Shown here: one piece after another, positions 8,848 to 18,904 of the stretch | Layout: every line of letters starts with the position of its first letter | How positions within the stretch are numbered: the first letter of the stretch is position 1 | Program-made: the position numbers and the translations under genes | The notes under the pieces: generated by a model | Seen by the model: only the letters and a program-made list of their open reading frames with translations | What the model was told of the DNA's origin: nothing | The model's database searches: none | IMG/VR virus record: IMGVR_UViG_2816332336_000005 | Span: 41,176-105,175 of that record | Source: a virus | Taxonomy: Duplodnaviria > Caudoviricetes | Length of the DNA: 64,000 nt | Direction: 5' to 3' (one strand)

Positions 8848-9126
8848 CTACAAAACCACCAGCCTTTTATTAGCCTCGTCATACCAACCTTCTGTTAACG
8901 TGATATCGTCCAGTGTTGCAAAGTTCTCAAAAAACACATTGTCCGTAAAGTTGTTAAACACCGCATCTTTTATCGTCTTCACATCAATCTGCAAAGCCGA
9001 AATAGTCACTGTGTGCTGTTCCAGTAACTTGTGCGCATCGTCTATTCCTTTTTCCCATCGGTTGACGTCGCCCTCCGTGATATCATCTTCGAACTCCCAA
9101 TCAAGCCGTGCGCTATACGACATCAA
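8848..9126 (-). CDS. Tail fibre-associated protein
   Basis: DW..EDDITEGDVNRWEKGI motif typical of tail-fibre N-terminal modules. Confidence 0.6.
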   Translation of the reverse strand: MMSYSARLDWEFEDDITEGDVNRWEKGIDDAHKLLEQHTVTISALQIDVKTIKDAVFNNFTDNVFFENFATLDDITLTEGWYDEANKRLVVL

Positions 9127-9404
9127 CGCGCCCCCTCTCGAATAGCAAAATTGAACCGAAACTCTAAACGTTGTCCCTCGCTAACCGGAACATCCGCCTG
9201 CCTCTCCGCAATCAGACCGCCCGTCTCATCGTACAGTCTTAATGAAGAAACTCGCGTAATCCCTTTGACTGATTCCGTACGTATGGTCACCGTCGCCCCA
9301 TTCCGGCTAATATTCCGAATAGGTACCGTTTGATTATTAAGAACGATAGATGTCGCACGAGTAGCGATATCCTCCGCAATCCTTTCGAGATACCTTCCGT
9401 CCAT
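9123..9404 (-). CDS. Baseplate/tail-associated protein
   Basis: Synteny and overlapping start/stop codons. Confidence 0.55.
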   Translation of the reverse strand: MDGRYLERIAEDIATRATSIVLNNQTVPIRNISRNGATVTIRTESVKGITRVSSLRLYDETGGLIAERQADVPVSEGQRLEFRFNFAIREGAR

Positions 9405-9983
9405 CTATAGCGTCACCTCCCGTTGCTCCTTACCGATCGTATCCCCGACACGTAACTCGCCAATCGTCCGATATCGCCGTAGATTTACCGTTACCGAATC
9501 GACTACTTCGATTACTTCCCGTGGCATGGGCGCTAGTACCACATCGACATGAGCCGGCGCCATTTCACGGAGGGCGACGTAGGCATCGTATAGATTCGGT
9601 GGGATGTCGCCGCCAATTATGATAATGACCGTATACTTGCGTGGCTCCTCCTCGGCCGTGGCGTCGGGGAAGAACGCATCGGCAATGGATTCGAGTACAG
9701 CCAATGTAACCGTCCCTGTCCCGCGTAGCTTAGACTTAATAACGGAGCGCCGCTGTTCGATTGGTTTAGTCAGATCGGTGGGCACTCCGACAACGGCCTC
9801 CCATCGCGTAAGACCCCACGTTGCCGTATCTACGAAGAATTGGTCGGTTAAGTCCCGAATCCCCTCGTGCAGTAACGCAAACTCTTCTGACTCTCGCTCA
9901 ATTATGTTCTTTATGTGTCGCGACTCTCCGTAGTGAATCGTCGGTAAAGAGTCAAGCATCCGGCGTTTAATCACGTCATTCAC
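9405..9983 (-). CDS. Baseplate wedge protein XkdU/YmfQ (DUF2313)
   Basis: DQFFVDTATWGLTRWE...RRSVIKSKLRGTGTVT motif. Confidence 0.85.
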   Translation of the reverse strand: MNDVIKRRMLDSLPTIHYGESRHIKNIIERESEEFALLHEGIRDLTDQFFVDTATWGLTRWEAVVGVPTDLTKPIEQRRSVIKSKLRGTGTVTLAVLESIADAFFPDATAEEEPRKYTVIIIIGGDIPPNLYDAYVALREMAPAHVDVVLAPMPREVIEVVDSVTVNLRRYRTIGELRVGDTIGKEQREVTL

Positions 9984-11055
9984 TGAGTGTCACCGTCCCT
10001 AGTACCGCGATTGAATCGGTGCCTATCGTTATATTCTCCTCCGTACCATTGACAGTCAGATCGGCATAGTCAAGTACCGAAGCCGCGCCTCCGATCACGC
10101 CGGCAACTCGCGTAAAACGTACAACTGAGTCAACTAGCGCGATCTTACCGAGATAATCCGTTAGTGCTTTTGTCACTTCTTCGCGGGCCTCTTCGATGGT
10201 GTGGCCGTTCACTAACGTTATCTTTGCGGTTACATTGATTGTTATTTCGGCTACACCAACGACCGTCACTTCCGCACATGCAGGCCGCTCCTTTTCGATG
10301 TAAGACGCTACCTTGTCGGTTAGTTCTTGGGAGGGTGCCCGCTTCCGATCGTCTAGCAAGACGACTTTTACCGTCCCCGGGCCATCCCACACCTCGTATA
10401 CTCGCGCATCAGAGATACCAACGACATCAAGCGCCCATTTCCGGTAATGATGACGATTGCCCGACGTGATAGGCTTTCGGACGCGATCGAGATACCGTTC
10501 TAGCAGGGCATCGTCTGATTCTTCGTCGATACCGCCCTCGAAAGGTAGCTCATTCGTTACACCGGTTATCCCTGTAATATTGCCCTGCGTTAGTCTGATT
10601 TCGCCAGCACCCACGTTGCCCGATTTACCACCCTCAGTGGCTTTCGCGGCTAACGTTACGGTACCATTTAAAATGACGCCAGACTCCGTGACTTCGAAAT
10701 AAATCGGCTCGTCCCCGTCCGTAGAAACTTCGGTACCTACGGGGATTTCCGTATTCTCATGACCATAAATAGCAACGGTACCTTTAGCCTTTTCCGAGGG
10801 CTTTCGGTAGACGCCTAATTCGGCACATCTACGCGTTAGCCACCCGTCGTAAGACGACATGGTACCGTCAGTTTTTATCGCGAATCCCTTATCATGTACA
10901 GCGTCTAGCTCTAGCCACAACGCCTCTAGCTCGGGCGCCACGGGAGCCGTCGCATCATACAAGATCGCACCGGGTCGCTTGTCTACGTCCGGCCGAGACC
11001 TTCCGAGTATCCGTTCAAGGATCGCCTCACGCGTTTGTTGTTCGTACACCGTCAC
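9976..11055 (-). CDS. Baseplate J-like protein (XkdT)
   Basis: DKRPGAILYDA, GGIDEESDDALLERYL, SGNRHHYRKWA and GPGTVKV motifs. Confidence 0.92.
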   Translation of the reverse strand: MTVYEQQTREAILERILGRSRPDVDKRPGAILYDATAPVAPELEALWLELDAVHDKGFAIKTDGTMSSYDGWLTRRCAELGVYRKPSEKAKGTVAIYGHENTEIPVGTEVSTDGDEPIYFEVTESGVILNGTVTLAAKATEGGKSGNVGAGEIRLTQGNITGITGVTNELPFEGGIDEESDDALLERYLDRVRKPITSGNRHHYRKWALDVVGISDARVYEVWDGPGTVKVVLLDDRKRAPSQELTDKVASYIEKERPACAEVTVVGVAEITINVTAKITLVNGHTIEEAREEVTKALTDYLGKIALVDSVVRFTRVAGVIGGAASVLDYADLTVNGTEENITIGTDSIAVLGTVTLSE

Positions 11056-11468
11056 ACCTCCTCTACGACATCTAACGTCAGCCCGTCCGTCGTATCAACG
11101 TAAAAAGAGACGGTCAATTTGTCCGCCTCTCGTTCTATCTCAAAGTCGTATACATCGTCTATTCGATCGTCATAAATCAATGCCTCGGTTATGACACGGG
11201 GTATCTCCGACCGCAAAAGTTCTATTGGTAAATCTTCTCCGATTAAGTCTATGAGTTCACAACCGTACTCGCCGTCGTAGTAGATTGGGAACCTGAACCG
11301 CGCCGTCATAATAACCTTGCTGATAAATTGACGGATGGCCGCCTCGCCGTCGATCATGCCGTCAATATCACCGGTATCAAAGTCCAGCGAATAAGTTAGC
11401 GTTGGCTGGACTTCTGGCTCCGATTGGATCACTCGATCCTCTAGTCGCTGCAACGGACTAAGCGCCAT
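11052..11468 (-). CDS. XkdS/DUF2634 baseplate protein (gp25-like)
   Basis: TARFRFPIY...YGCEL...SEIPRVITEALIYDDRI motif. Confidence 0.85.
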   Translation of the reverse strand: MALSPLQRLEDRVIQSEPEVQPTLTYSLDFDTGDIDGMIDGEAAIRQFISKVIMTARFRFPIYYDGEYGCELIDLIGEDLPIELLRSEIPRVITEALIYDDRIDDVYDFEIEREADKLTVSFYVDTTDGLTLDVVEEV

Positions 11469-11901
11469 TATAGATCACCGCCCGATCCTGGATGATATAC
11501 GTTTGGCCTTCGTCAATAGACTGGACGATGACGCGATCGCCCGCTTTCAATTCGTCGGTGAACTCGATTTCCCCTTCGATAACCAACTCCGTGATATCGT
11601 GCACGTGTGGCGTATAGCCTGCCTTCGTCATAACCTCGCGCACTGTCTCACTGGTTAGCGTAACCTTCCGCTTATGCCGCGTCAGATGCTCCGCAACGAT
11701 CAAGTCTTCCGCTAACAACTCGAGCTTTTCATCGTTATCGACTGTTACTCGGATAGCTGGCGGAGGAGCAACGACAGTGCCGAGCTCGATATCCACGTCC
11801 TTATTGTATCCGATCTGTTGGATGAGCTGTCGAAACTGACTCGGACCTCCGCCTTCCAGCCGACTAGGCTCTTGGAGTCTTTTTGAGGATTTCGTCGACA
11901 A
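11458..11901 (-). CDS. XkdR/DUF2577 baseplate spike-associated protein (start uncertain)
   Basis: LGTVVAPPP...LKAGDRVIV...GQTYIIQDR motif. Confidence 0.8.
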   Translation of the reverse strand: MSTKSSKRLQEPSRLEGGGPSQFRQLIQQIGYNKDVDIELGTVVAPPPAIRVTVDNDEKLELLAEDLIVAEHLTRHKRKVTLTSETVREVMTKAGYTPHVHDITELVIEGEIEFTDELKAGDRVIVQSIDEGQTYIIQDRAVIYNGA

Positions 11902-12931
11902 CTGATTTCCGCCCCTTTCGTTTCTTTCTTTTCTTCTTCGGCTTGTCTTCCGGTGGTGGGTCGTATTTCAACGTTGGAAGGTCGTCCGTCGCGCTCAACG
12001 TAAGTGACATCGTATGTTTGCCGCTCTCAAACGTGTGACTATCGGTTGAAACGTAGTAACCCCCGATTATCTCCGTCATTGACTCTTGTACGTAGACGCC
12101 TACCCCCGCGTACACGGTGTCAATCCCTAGCGCATTGACGGTCGCCTCGTCGTGTATGGTTCCGAGGTCTTTTAGGAGCTGTTTCGCTAACTGCTCGATT
12201 TGGGATCGGGTTTTATCCGAGTCAGCACTTTCGAGGTGCTGCATGATGCCGAACCGTTTTATGAGTGCGTCGTTTTTGACTACAGCCACCAACGGCTTTT
12301 TCTTGTCATCCCCGCCGGTCACTTTGACTTGCGTTCGTAACTCTTCGATCGACTGCGAGTATGACGCATCCAGTATATTAACGCCGTTTTCGAGTACCCA
12401 CCGAACAGGCTGTTCTTTTCGCGATAACAGATTAAACTTGCCTTCCTTCGAGCAAATAAAAAAGCGCCGTCCGGTCTGCTTCTGCGTAACCGTTAGCGCT
12501 GTTATCATCATGTCCCATATGGATTTATTCCGTAGTACAAGCTTTGGTATTACGTATCCTGTATCGTCAATTTTACCGACTGCAATTCCGAACTGTTTGC
12601 ATAGTTTTTGTGCGATGGCACTCGCCTTCAATCCGCGGAATATCTGCGTGTCTTGATTCTTCGCAAGATAGATATTATCGTCGTATGCCGTAACGCTCAT
12701 GATCCCTCGATCATTGATATTATGCTTGAACGTCAGACCCCGGAATAGTTCGCGTCCATTACTGTAGAGACGTAACTCCCTGCCGAGTTCTACGGGGACA
12801 GCTTTTTTACGGCCGTCCACCGTATTTACGAAAGATATTTCTAGGGTACGGGCTGGCTGCGTAATATCGCCGGACCATGTAGCACTTTGAACAACCATAG
12901 GCGCGCCGTCATAATGCACTTCCCACGTCAT
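11864..12931 (-). CDS. XkdQ/YqbQ baseplate hub protein
   Basis: TWSGD...ARTLE, TAYDDNIYLAKN and HTF...HTMSLTL motifs. Confidence 0.88.
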   Translation of the reverse strand: MTWEVHYDGAPMVVQSATWSGDITQPARTLEISFVNTVDGRKKAVPVELGRELRLYSNGRELFRGLTFKHNINDRGIMSVTAYDDNIYLAKNQDTQIFRGLKASAIAQKLCKQFGIAVGKIDDTGYVIPKLVLRNKSIWDMMITALTVTQKQTGRRFFICSKEGKFNLLSRKEQPVRWVLENGVNILDASYSQSIEELRTQVKVTGGDDKKKPLVAVVKNDALIKRFGIMQHLESADSDKTRSQIEQLAKQLLKDLGTIHDEATVNALGIDTVYAGVGVYVQESMTEIIGGYYVSTDSHTFESGKHTMSLTLSATDDLPTLKYDPPPEDKPKKKRKKRKGRKSVVDEILKKTPRA

Positions 12932-13608
12932 ACTAACACCAACTTCTGACCCGGCTTTATTTTGTTGGGATCGGAACCAACAACGGCTTTGTTCTTGGCG
13001 TAGATATCCCGTGACTTAAGCCCGTATCTAGCCGCGATCACGGACAGGCAATCGCCTTTCTTTACGACATATGGCTTCGGAATCTGCTTCTTACCGCCTC
13101 TTGCGGCCGCCTTTTTCACTTTCGCCGTGACTGCTGTACCGTTGCCTTTCTTCGCGCCCATGTCGACTTGACGGATGCTTGTAAACTTGTACTCTTTGAG
13201 GTCGAGATCATAGTAGATATCACCGGGCGCACCGTGTTTTTCGGGCACGATATCGAACTTACGGATGGTGACCGCATAGTTTATCGGGGTTCCCGTAATC
13301 GTCAGGCGGCACGGCTTCCGGGAGTCGCGCCACCTCTCTAGCATCTCTCTAGCTGACCACGGATCGGGAAAGCCTTCGTACTCGCAATAGGACGGATGGT
13401 AGTCGCGAGGAAAGAACGATGAAAACGAAAAGTCTCGCAACTTGGGATTACCGATAATGGTAAATTCGCCTAAGTGCGAGACTTCAACGTCTTGATAGCC
13501 GAAATCACTCAATATTTTGATAGACTCCGGATTAACCGGAAGTTGCAGGCGTTCCGCCCCGTTATTGTAAGAGAGCCAGAATTGAATACCGTTTGTCATC
13601 GTCATCAC
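12928..13608 (-). CDS. XkdP LysM-domain tail tube initiator
   Basis: LQLPVNPE, FSSFFP, C-terminal LysM (YVVKKGDCLSVIA...IKPGQKL). Confidence 0.9.
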   Translation of the reverse strand: MMTMTNGIQFWLSYNNGAERLQLPVNPESIKILSDFGYQDVEVSHLGEFTIIGNPKLRDFSFSSFFPRDYHPSYCEYEGFPDPWSAREMLERWRDSRKPCRLTITGTPINYAVTIRKFDIVPEKHGAPGDIYYDLDLKEYKFTSIRQVDMGAKKGNGTAVTAKVKKAAARGGKKQIPKPYVVKKGDCLSVIAARYGLKSRDIYAKNKAVVGSDPNKIKPGQKLVLV

Positions 13609-13630
13609 CTCTTTTACACTTGCTCGTTAA

Positions 13631-15589
13631 TTAACAAACCTCTACCAACCGTTGCGCTATACCTAGAGTAATCTTGTCAATATCAGCTTCTTCTCTTACA
13701 GTCGCATGCACATTAATCGTAATATTATTAGAAGCATGACTAGAACCACTTTCGCTCACAGGTTCTCGTCTATCGACAGGTGGCTCAGACGCCTCTTCCT
13801 TGCTGGCTCGGTTCTCCTCTGCGGTCATTACCCTTTCGCCTTTATGCAAACGAGCTTGGTAGCCGTCAAATGGCACGTAGTCAAGGCCACTGTAGTGAGA
13901 ACCATCGTCCCCGACGCCTATATTGCGACGCTCACGAAAATCTCTCATCTTCTCTTGTTGAAGCGAGTAATCCATTTCGACTGCGGTTATTTTCGGGATA
14001 TTGAGCGTGAACTCCTCGTCACTGAAAGGCATTTTAAAGCTAAACGCCTGATTCATCGCGTCAATTAGCGTGTTCAATTTCCCGATTACCCAGTTCACTC
14101 CGGTCGCGAACCCGTTTTTGATAGTGACCCACATGGAATGGCCCGCTTCTTTTACGGTCTCCCAGTTTTTAACGAGTAGATATCCTGCGCCGATTAACGT
14201 ACCTATCCCGACTACTACAAGCCCTATCGGGTTAGCGCTAGCTGCGGTATTAAACGCCCATTGTGCGGCTGTTGCCGTTAACATTACGGCCTTATAAGTA
14301 GCCCATGCCGTAGTAGCTCCGACAACCAATGGTCCCACGATTTCTAAGACGTCTTTAGTTGTTTTCCCCCACTTTTGCGCCTCTTTACTTCCGAACCACT
14401 TGTTGAAGACAGAAGCCGCATTTGCTCCTTTATCTGCGAGGTCTCTTAGGGTAGGAAGCATCGGTGTGAATATTTCTATCTTTAACCCTTCCAGCGCGGA
14501 TTCCAACTCAACAAGCGAGCCGTTAAAGTTATCGAGTTGGATTTTCGATACTCTTCCGGCTGTCCCGGCGCTATTCTCCAGCTCTTTCGTAAACTTCCGT
14601 AGCTTATCGGGGCCCGCGTCCATTAACGCTAGAAATCCGCTACCAGCTTCCATACCCGCGATTATACCAGAAAGCGCCGTTTTCTGTTCGCTGGTCATGC
14701 CTTTCATCGCGTTCTGGAGGTCTCCAAGGATCGTGGCAAGCGATTTCATCTTGCCTCCGCTATCAAACAGTTTAACGCCAAGCTTATCGAACGCTTCTGC
14801 CGCTTCTTTCGGAGGTTTCGCAAAACGGGCGAATAGTCCCCGTAACGTAGTACCCGCTTGTTCCGCTTGGATACCCGCATTACCGAGAATACCTGCCGCG
14901 GCAGCCGTTTCTTCTAACGACACACCGAGCGCTTTCGCCCAAGGAGCCGCGTACTTCATCGTGTAACCGAGCATTTGAAGGTCAACGTTAGCTGACGTAA
15001 AGGCCTTCGTAAGCACGTCGGCCACACGTCCTGTATCTCCTGCCGCGATACCAAAGCCGGAGAGGATATTCGAAACGATATCGGCGGTTGTTCCGAGGTC
15101 TGTCTGGCCCGCCGCAGCCGCATCGAGAAGCCCGGGCATGGCCGAGATTATCTCGTTGGTCTTATAGCCCGCCATCGCGAGAAACTGCATACCTTCGGCG
15201 GCTTGGCTTGCGCTAAAGACCGTAGAGGCGCCGAGTTCTTTTGCTTTCGTGGTTAGTTTCGCCAGGTCTCCGGCGCTAGCGCTTGAAAGTGCTGCTACAC
15301 GGGACATTGAGCTTTCGAAGTCAGCCGCCGTTTTGATTCCGTCAAAGGCCGTACCGACAGCGACTACTGCGCCCGCCACCATTTTAAGCTTGCCGAGAAG
15401 ATTCGGAAGTCCACCCGAGAAATTGTTTAGCGATTGAGTTGCGGCATTCTGAGAATTACGATAGGAGCCGGTAGTTGCTGCAATCTTTTTCACCGATAAG
15501 TTCGTCCGATCGAGTTCCGAAGACACTCGGCGGAGGGTCGGGGTCATCACGTCCACAATCCGTAACCGGCCGACTAGATCAAACGCCAC
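13631..15589 (-). CDS. Tape measure protein (TP901-type core)
   Basis: FESSMSRVAA, FSASQAAEGMQFLAMAG and AGTTLR motifs; Ala/Gly rich. Confidence 0.92.
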   Translation of the reverse strand: MAFDLVGRLRIVDVMTPTLRRVSSELDRTNLSVKKIAATTGSYRNSQNAATQSLNNFSGGLPNLLGKLKMVAGAVVAVGTAFDGIKTAADFESSMSRVAALSSASAGDLAKLTTKAKELGASTVFSASQAAEGMQFLAMAGYKTNEIISAMPGLLDAAAAGQTDLGTTADIVSNILSGFGIAAGDTGRVADVLTKAFTSANVDLQMLGYTMKYAAPWAKALGVSLEETAAAAGILGNAGIQAEQAGTTLRGLFARFAKPPKEAAEAFDKLGVKLFDSGGKMKSLATILGDLQNAMKGMTSEQKTALSGIIAGMEAGSGFLALMDAGPDKLRKFTKELENSAGTAGRVSKIQLDNFNGSLVELESALEGLKIEIFTPMLPTLRDLADKGANAASVFNKWFGSKEAQKWGKTTKDVLEIVGPLVVGATTAWATYKAVMLTATAAQWAFNTAASANPIGLVVVGIGTLIGAGYLLVKNWETVKEAGHSMWVTIKNGFATGVNWVIGKLNTLIDAMNQAFSFKMPFSDEEFTLNIPKITAVEMDYSLQQEKMRDFRERRNIGVGDDGSHYSGLDYVPFDGYQARLHKGERVMTAEENRASKEEASEPPVDRREPVSESGSSHASNNITINVHATVREEADIDKITLGIAQRLVEVC

Positions 15590-15591
15590 GA

Positions 15592-15771
15592 TTAGCCACC
15601 CCCTTCCCTATTCAACGCCGCAGTCTCGTCTTCAACGGCCACCTCTGTGGAGGCGTACATAAAGATACGCTCACCTCTCGGCGCGTTATAAATGTAGGCC
15701 GGCGGGAGGCCTTGTCGTTGGAATATTGTGTGTATAACGAAAGCCTCGCCTCCCGCGCGTATTAGTTTTTT
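15592..15771 (-). CDS. -1 frameshift extension of the tail assembly chaperone (gpGT/XkzB-like)
   Basis: Slippery A AAA AAC just before the chaperone stop; -1 frame open for about 58 codons (KLIRAGGEAF...ERIFMYAS...) ending just before the TMP start. Confidence 0.8.
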   Translation of the reverse strand, partial: KKLIRAGGEAFVIHTIFQRQGLPPAYIYNAPRGERIFMYASTEVAVEDETAALNREGGG

Positions 15772-16127
15772 ACTTGGTCAACCGCTGCCCCAATGTCGTA
15801 CCCAGATAAGTCTAAAATCTCAGAGACAAGCTTAATCCTTTCACCCGGAAGTAACGTCTTTTCAACAACTTTTACAGGGTCTTGTGTCTCATATTTCGCG
15901 AGTAAATCCGGATGTGACCAGTCTGGTTCGATCGTTGCTTTTTGTATCATTATTAGGGCTTTCTTAGTCTGATCGACCGTCTTCCCAAACGTCGCTCTTT
16001 CTTGGCTATCTTCGATTTCTTGATCATCAAGAGCACGGATACGGAATGTCCCAAATCGTTTCAGTGGCACTTCTTTTTCGGGTTTTTTATCAGCATCAAG
16101 CAGGGCTTTTAATAGATCGTCTGTCAT
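15762..16127 (-). CDS. Tail assembly chaperone (XkdN-like)
   Basis: PDWSHPDLLAKY...LLPGE...ILDLSGY...VKN motif; between tube and TMP. Confidence 0.88.
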   Translation of the reverse strand: MTDDLLKALLDADKKPEKEVPLKRFGTFRIRALDDQEIEDSQERATFGKTVDQTKKALIMIQKATIEPDWSHPDLLAKYETQDPVKVVEKTLLPGERIKLVSEILDLSGYDIGAAVDQVKN

Positions 16128-16146
16128 GTAATCATCCCCCTAATTT

Positions 16147-16593
16147 TTACTTCTCTTCAATGAAATCTAGGAACTCGTAATCTTCAAAAACAAAAGGCCA
16201 CTCCGTCTCGACGGGTGACCCATGCTCAAATTTCATTACATCAATTTTGGTAAACTGGACGCCCTTTGCGAGTACTCGCTCGGCACCGTATGCCTCGGGA
16301 TCATCGAGTTTCATAACGAGCTGGCAAACGAAGGCCCCGGCACGGTCGTCCATGATCTGTCCTATCTTACGAGCAAATGCGGACGATATCTTGTATCCGC
16401 GAATAGAACCGGTACACTCGATACTCATCGGCTTGTTCCCGGCTTTGCGACTACCGGATCGCTTAATCTTTTCGTATTGAATCTCGACGGATAACTCACC
16501 CGCATTGAAGTTCGCCAGCCACACTCCGTCCATCCAGATTTCGCCGAACGAACCACTTAGGACGCGGTTGGATTCTAGTAAATTTTTCGCCAT
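16147..16593 (-). CDS. Tail tube protein (XkdM)
   Basis: SGSFGEIWMDG...KLDDPEAYGAERV...PFVFEDYEFLD motif. Confidence 0.92.
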   Translation of the reverse strand: MAKNLLESNRVLSGSFGEIWMDGVWLANFNAGELSVEIQYEKIKRSGSRKAGNKPMSIECTGSIRGYKISSAFARKIGQIMDDRAGAFVCQLVMKLDDPEAYGAERVLAKGVQFTKIDVMKFEHGSPVETEWPFVFEDYEFLDFIEEK

Positions 16594-16607
16594 CTATACT
16601 TACCTCC

Positions 16608-17645
16608 CTATACGTGGATTCGTAGGAAGATGCGTTCCATACTATCGGTCTCTGTATAAGCGATGTACAAATATACCGCGTCTCCCTTCGATTCAAATTC
16701 GGGGTCTAACGTTACAACGGGGTCTTCGAGGACATTCGCTTTACCTAATCGTTCTAGGTACGCTTTGATCGCCGCAATTAAGGCCGCCTGCCCGTCTCGG
16801 TTGTTATCAAGTTTGCCGATGTATTCACTCGCGGCTGTTTTCACGATGTCCGTGCTAATCGCCTGTCGTCCGCGAATCTTGCGTATCTTGGCACCGCTTG
16901 TTAATTGCCCTTTTTCCACGATCACGTAATCACCGTTGTGTACGAGGACAAGCGAACCCGCTTCGAGCGCTTCGTCGATCTGTGCGTTCGTAAGACGCTT
17001 ATTAACGTCGTCTAACGGTAGTCTTGCGTACGTAATCGACTTATTGATCGGTGTACCTGCGATTAAGCCGGCAATGTACGGTGCGTACTCACCTGACGGG
17101 TACTCTTTGCCGTTGACTACGCCGCCGACAATCAGGTTAGCTACATAGCTATCCGCTATCTTCTTACTGCGCGCGTTCCCTACTTTCGGGTCAGCGTCAT
17201 CTGCCGCCGTACCGCCTGTGACGTATACGAAATGCTTGCCTTCCGTACGATTGCGTTTCACCCACGCTACTGTCGCGTCAATTTCAGCCGAATCCACAGA
17301 TCCGTCGTATGCAAACACGTTAAATGTTCGTGTATCAAAGGAATCGCGCATCTCGATAAATGCCTCTGCCGCTTGCTCCTTCGGCATGGTGTATACGAGC
17401 ACTTGCTTTGCGCCGCCTTGCAATACGAAACGAATGGACTGAATATTGGTGACGCCGAACAAGTCAACCGCTTGCTTTTCGGTCTCAATCGTGTAGAACG
17501 TCTTTTCTGTCGCTTTTGCTCCGTACTTCATAAGTGGAATTGCAACAATACCACGAGCACCGCCTCGAATCTGTGATGCCGCGGCTTCCACGTACATCAA
17601 ATAGAGCCCGGGACGGGTCGGCTCATTAAGTGGGTCCCATTCCAT
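16608..17645 (-). CDS. Tail sheath protein (XkdK-like)
   Basis: RPGLY, RGIVAIP, SITY, KIR, YIGKLDN and DSMERI motifs. Confidence 0.9.
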   Translation of the reverse strand: MEWDPLNEPTRPGLYLMYVEAAASQIRGGARGIVAIPLMKYGAKATEKTFYTIETEKQAVDLFGVTNIQSIRFVLQGGAKQVLVYTMPKEQAAEAFIEMRDSFDTRTFNVFAYDGSVDSAEIDATVAWVKRNRTEGKHFVYVTGGTAADDADPKVGNARSKKIADSYVANLIVGGVVNGKEYPSGEYAPYIAGLIAGTPINKSITYARLPLDDVNKRLTNAQIDEALEAGSLVLVHNGDYVIVEKGQLTSGAKIRKIRGRQAISTDIVKTAASEYIGKLDNNRDGQAALIAAIKAYLERLGKANVLEDPVVTLDPEFESKGDAVYLYIAYTETDSMERIFLRIHV

Positions 17646-17659
17646 CGCGTTACCTCCTT

Positions 17660-18106
17660 TTATCGGGCCTCAAACCGCCCGTATACGTGCATAATCTTGT
17701 CGTACTGTTCTTGCGTTCTTGCCTCGCGTACCTCCGTTGATAACACCCCAAGCCGTGCGTAGAGACCGCCCTCCGTCTTGAATGCCGTTGAAAAAGAAAA
17801 AGACCCGATACGGATAAACCGCTTCGAGTCTTTCATTGGGATTAATGTAGTTCCATCGTTTACTTTACGTTCGATCACGTCCATTTTGGCTAGGACATCC
17901 TGCGCATCAACACCGTATACCACGATCTGATAGTCGCGATCAATCCGGTAGTGATAGCGCGTCTCAGACTCAGACCCGGAGGACAGGAGCCGGACGACTA
18001 CGTTATTTTTCGCTGGCTTGTCAGGTACTTCGTATTTCAACGCGATCGAAGGCAATGCCGCCTTTATAAACTCACCCACTGATTCTTGCTCAACGAGTGC
18101 GGACAT
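17660..18106 (-). CDS. Tail terminator/completion protein
   Basis: Synteny immediately before the sheath. Confidence 0.65.
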   Translation of the reverse strand: MSALVEQESVGEFIKAALPSIALKYEVPDKPAKNNVVVRLLSSGSESETRYHYRIDRDYQIVVYGVDAQDVLAKMDVIERKVNDGTTLIPMKDSKRFIRIGSFSFSTAFKTEGGLYARLGVLSTEVREARTQEQYDKIMHVYGRFEAR

Positions 18107-18119
18107 CGTACCACCTCCG

Positions 18120-18536
18120 TTAGAAACCTAGTTTCTGGACTTCCGCTTTTACTCCGTCTTCAATGTCTTTTAGCCACTTCTGCTTATGTTCGTCGGCCGG
18201 AGCATCTATAAACTTCGCAACAGTGCCGGGAGTTGTCGGATTCTTGATGTCGCCTTTTACCTCGTGAATGTAGTAAGCGTAATTAAAATTCGGCCACTTG
18301 GGTGTGTTTTCTATTGCAACGGCCGAAATCTCACCGCTTACCTCACCGTTTTTCTGCCGGACTTCCGTACTAATGCCGCGCCGTAACGTGCCTTTGTCTA
18401 AAGGAGCAACGTCTACTGATTCCGCTTTCCACTCGTCCATAGCATCGTGCATACCGCGTTTGGTCGCGGCGAATACGACCTCGGGCGTTCGCTGAATCGC
18501 GTCCTTAAATGCCCGCATGTCAAATTCGAATTCCAT
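18120..18536 (-). CDS. HK97 gp10-like neck protein
   Basis: APLDKGTLRRGI...NYAYYIHE motif. Confidence 0.8.
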   Translation of the reverse strand: MEFEFDMRAFKDAIQRTPEVVFAATKRGMHDAMDEWKAESVDVAPLDKGTLRRGISTEVRQKNGEVSGEISAVAIENTPKWPNFNYAYYIHEVKGDIKNPTTPGTVAKFIDAPADEHKQKWLKDIEDGVKAEVQKLGF

Positions 18537-18538
18537 AG

Positions 18539-18904
18539 TTACAGTGACACCTCCGTTAAGATAGGCTTGCCGCCAATACCACGTTTAATCTCAATCGCTA
18601 ACGGGCTATACTGGCGTACTCTGCCGAGCTCGTCGGTAAACTCGATCCGGTCGCTGATCGAAATAGGTGCTAGTCTGTCGCAAAGTACCTGTGCAGAGGA
18701 CACGACTTCTTGCGAAGTAACGCCGTGTACACCGCCCTGATTCGTCTGTGCCCGAACAAGCTTCGTCTTCTCCTGTATCCGGCAACGCAACGAAAAAGGA
18801 TCGCCGTATACCGGTCGATCCCATTCGTCTGTCTTCGGATTGCCCTCGTCGTCTAACAACGCAGGGTAAACCGTTATCTTGTTTCGCATCGGCACCAAAG
18901 GCAC
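18539..18904 (-). CDS. Head closure / head-tail adaptor
   Basis: DEWDRPVYG motif and synteny. Confidence 0.65.
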   Translation of the reverse strand: MPLVPMRNKITVYPALLDDEGNPKTDEWDRPVYGDPFSLRCRIQEKTKLVRAQTNQGGVHGVTSQEVVSSAQVLCDRLAPISISDRIEFTDELGRVRQYSPLAIEIKRGIGGKPILTEVSL

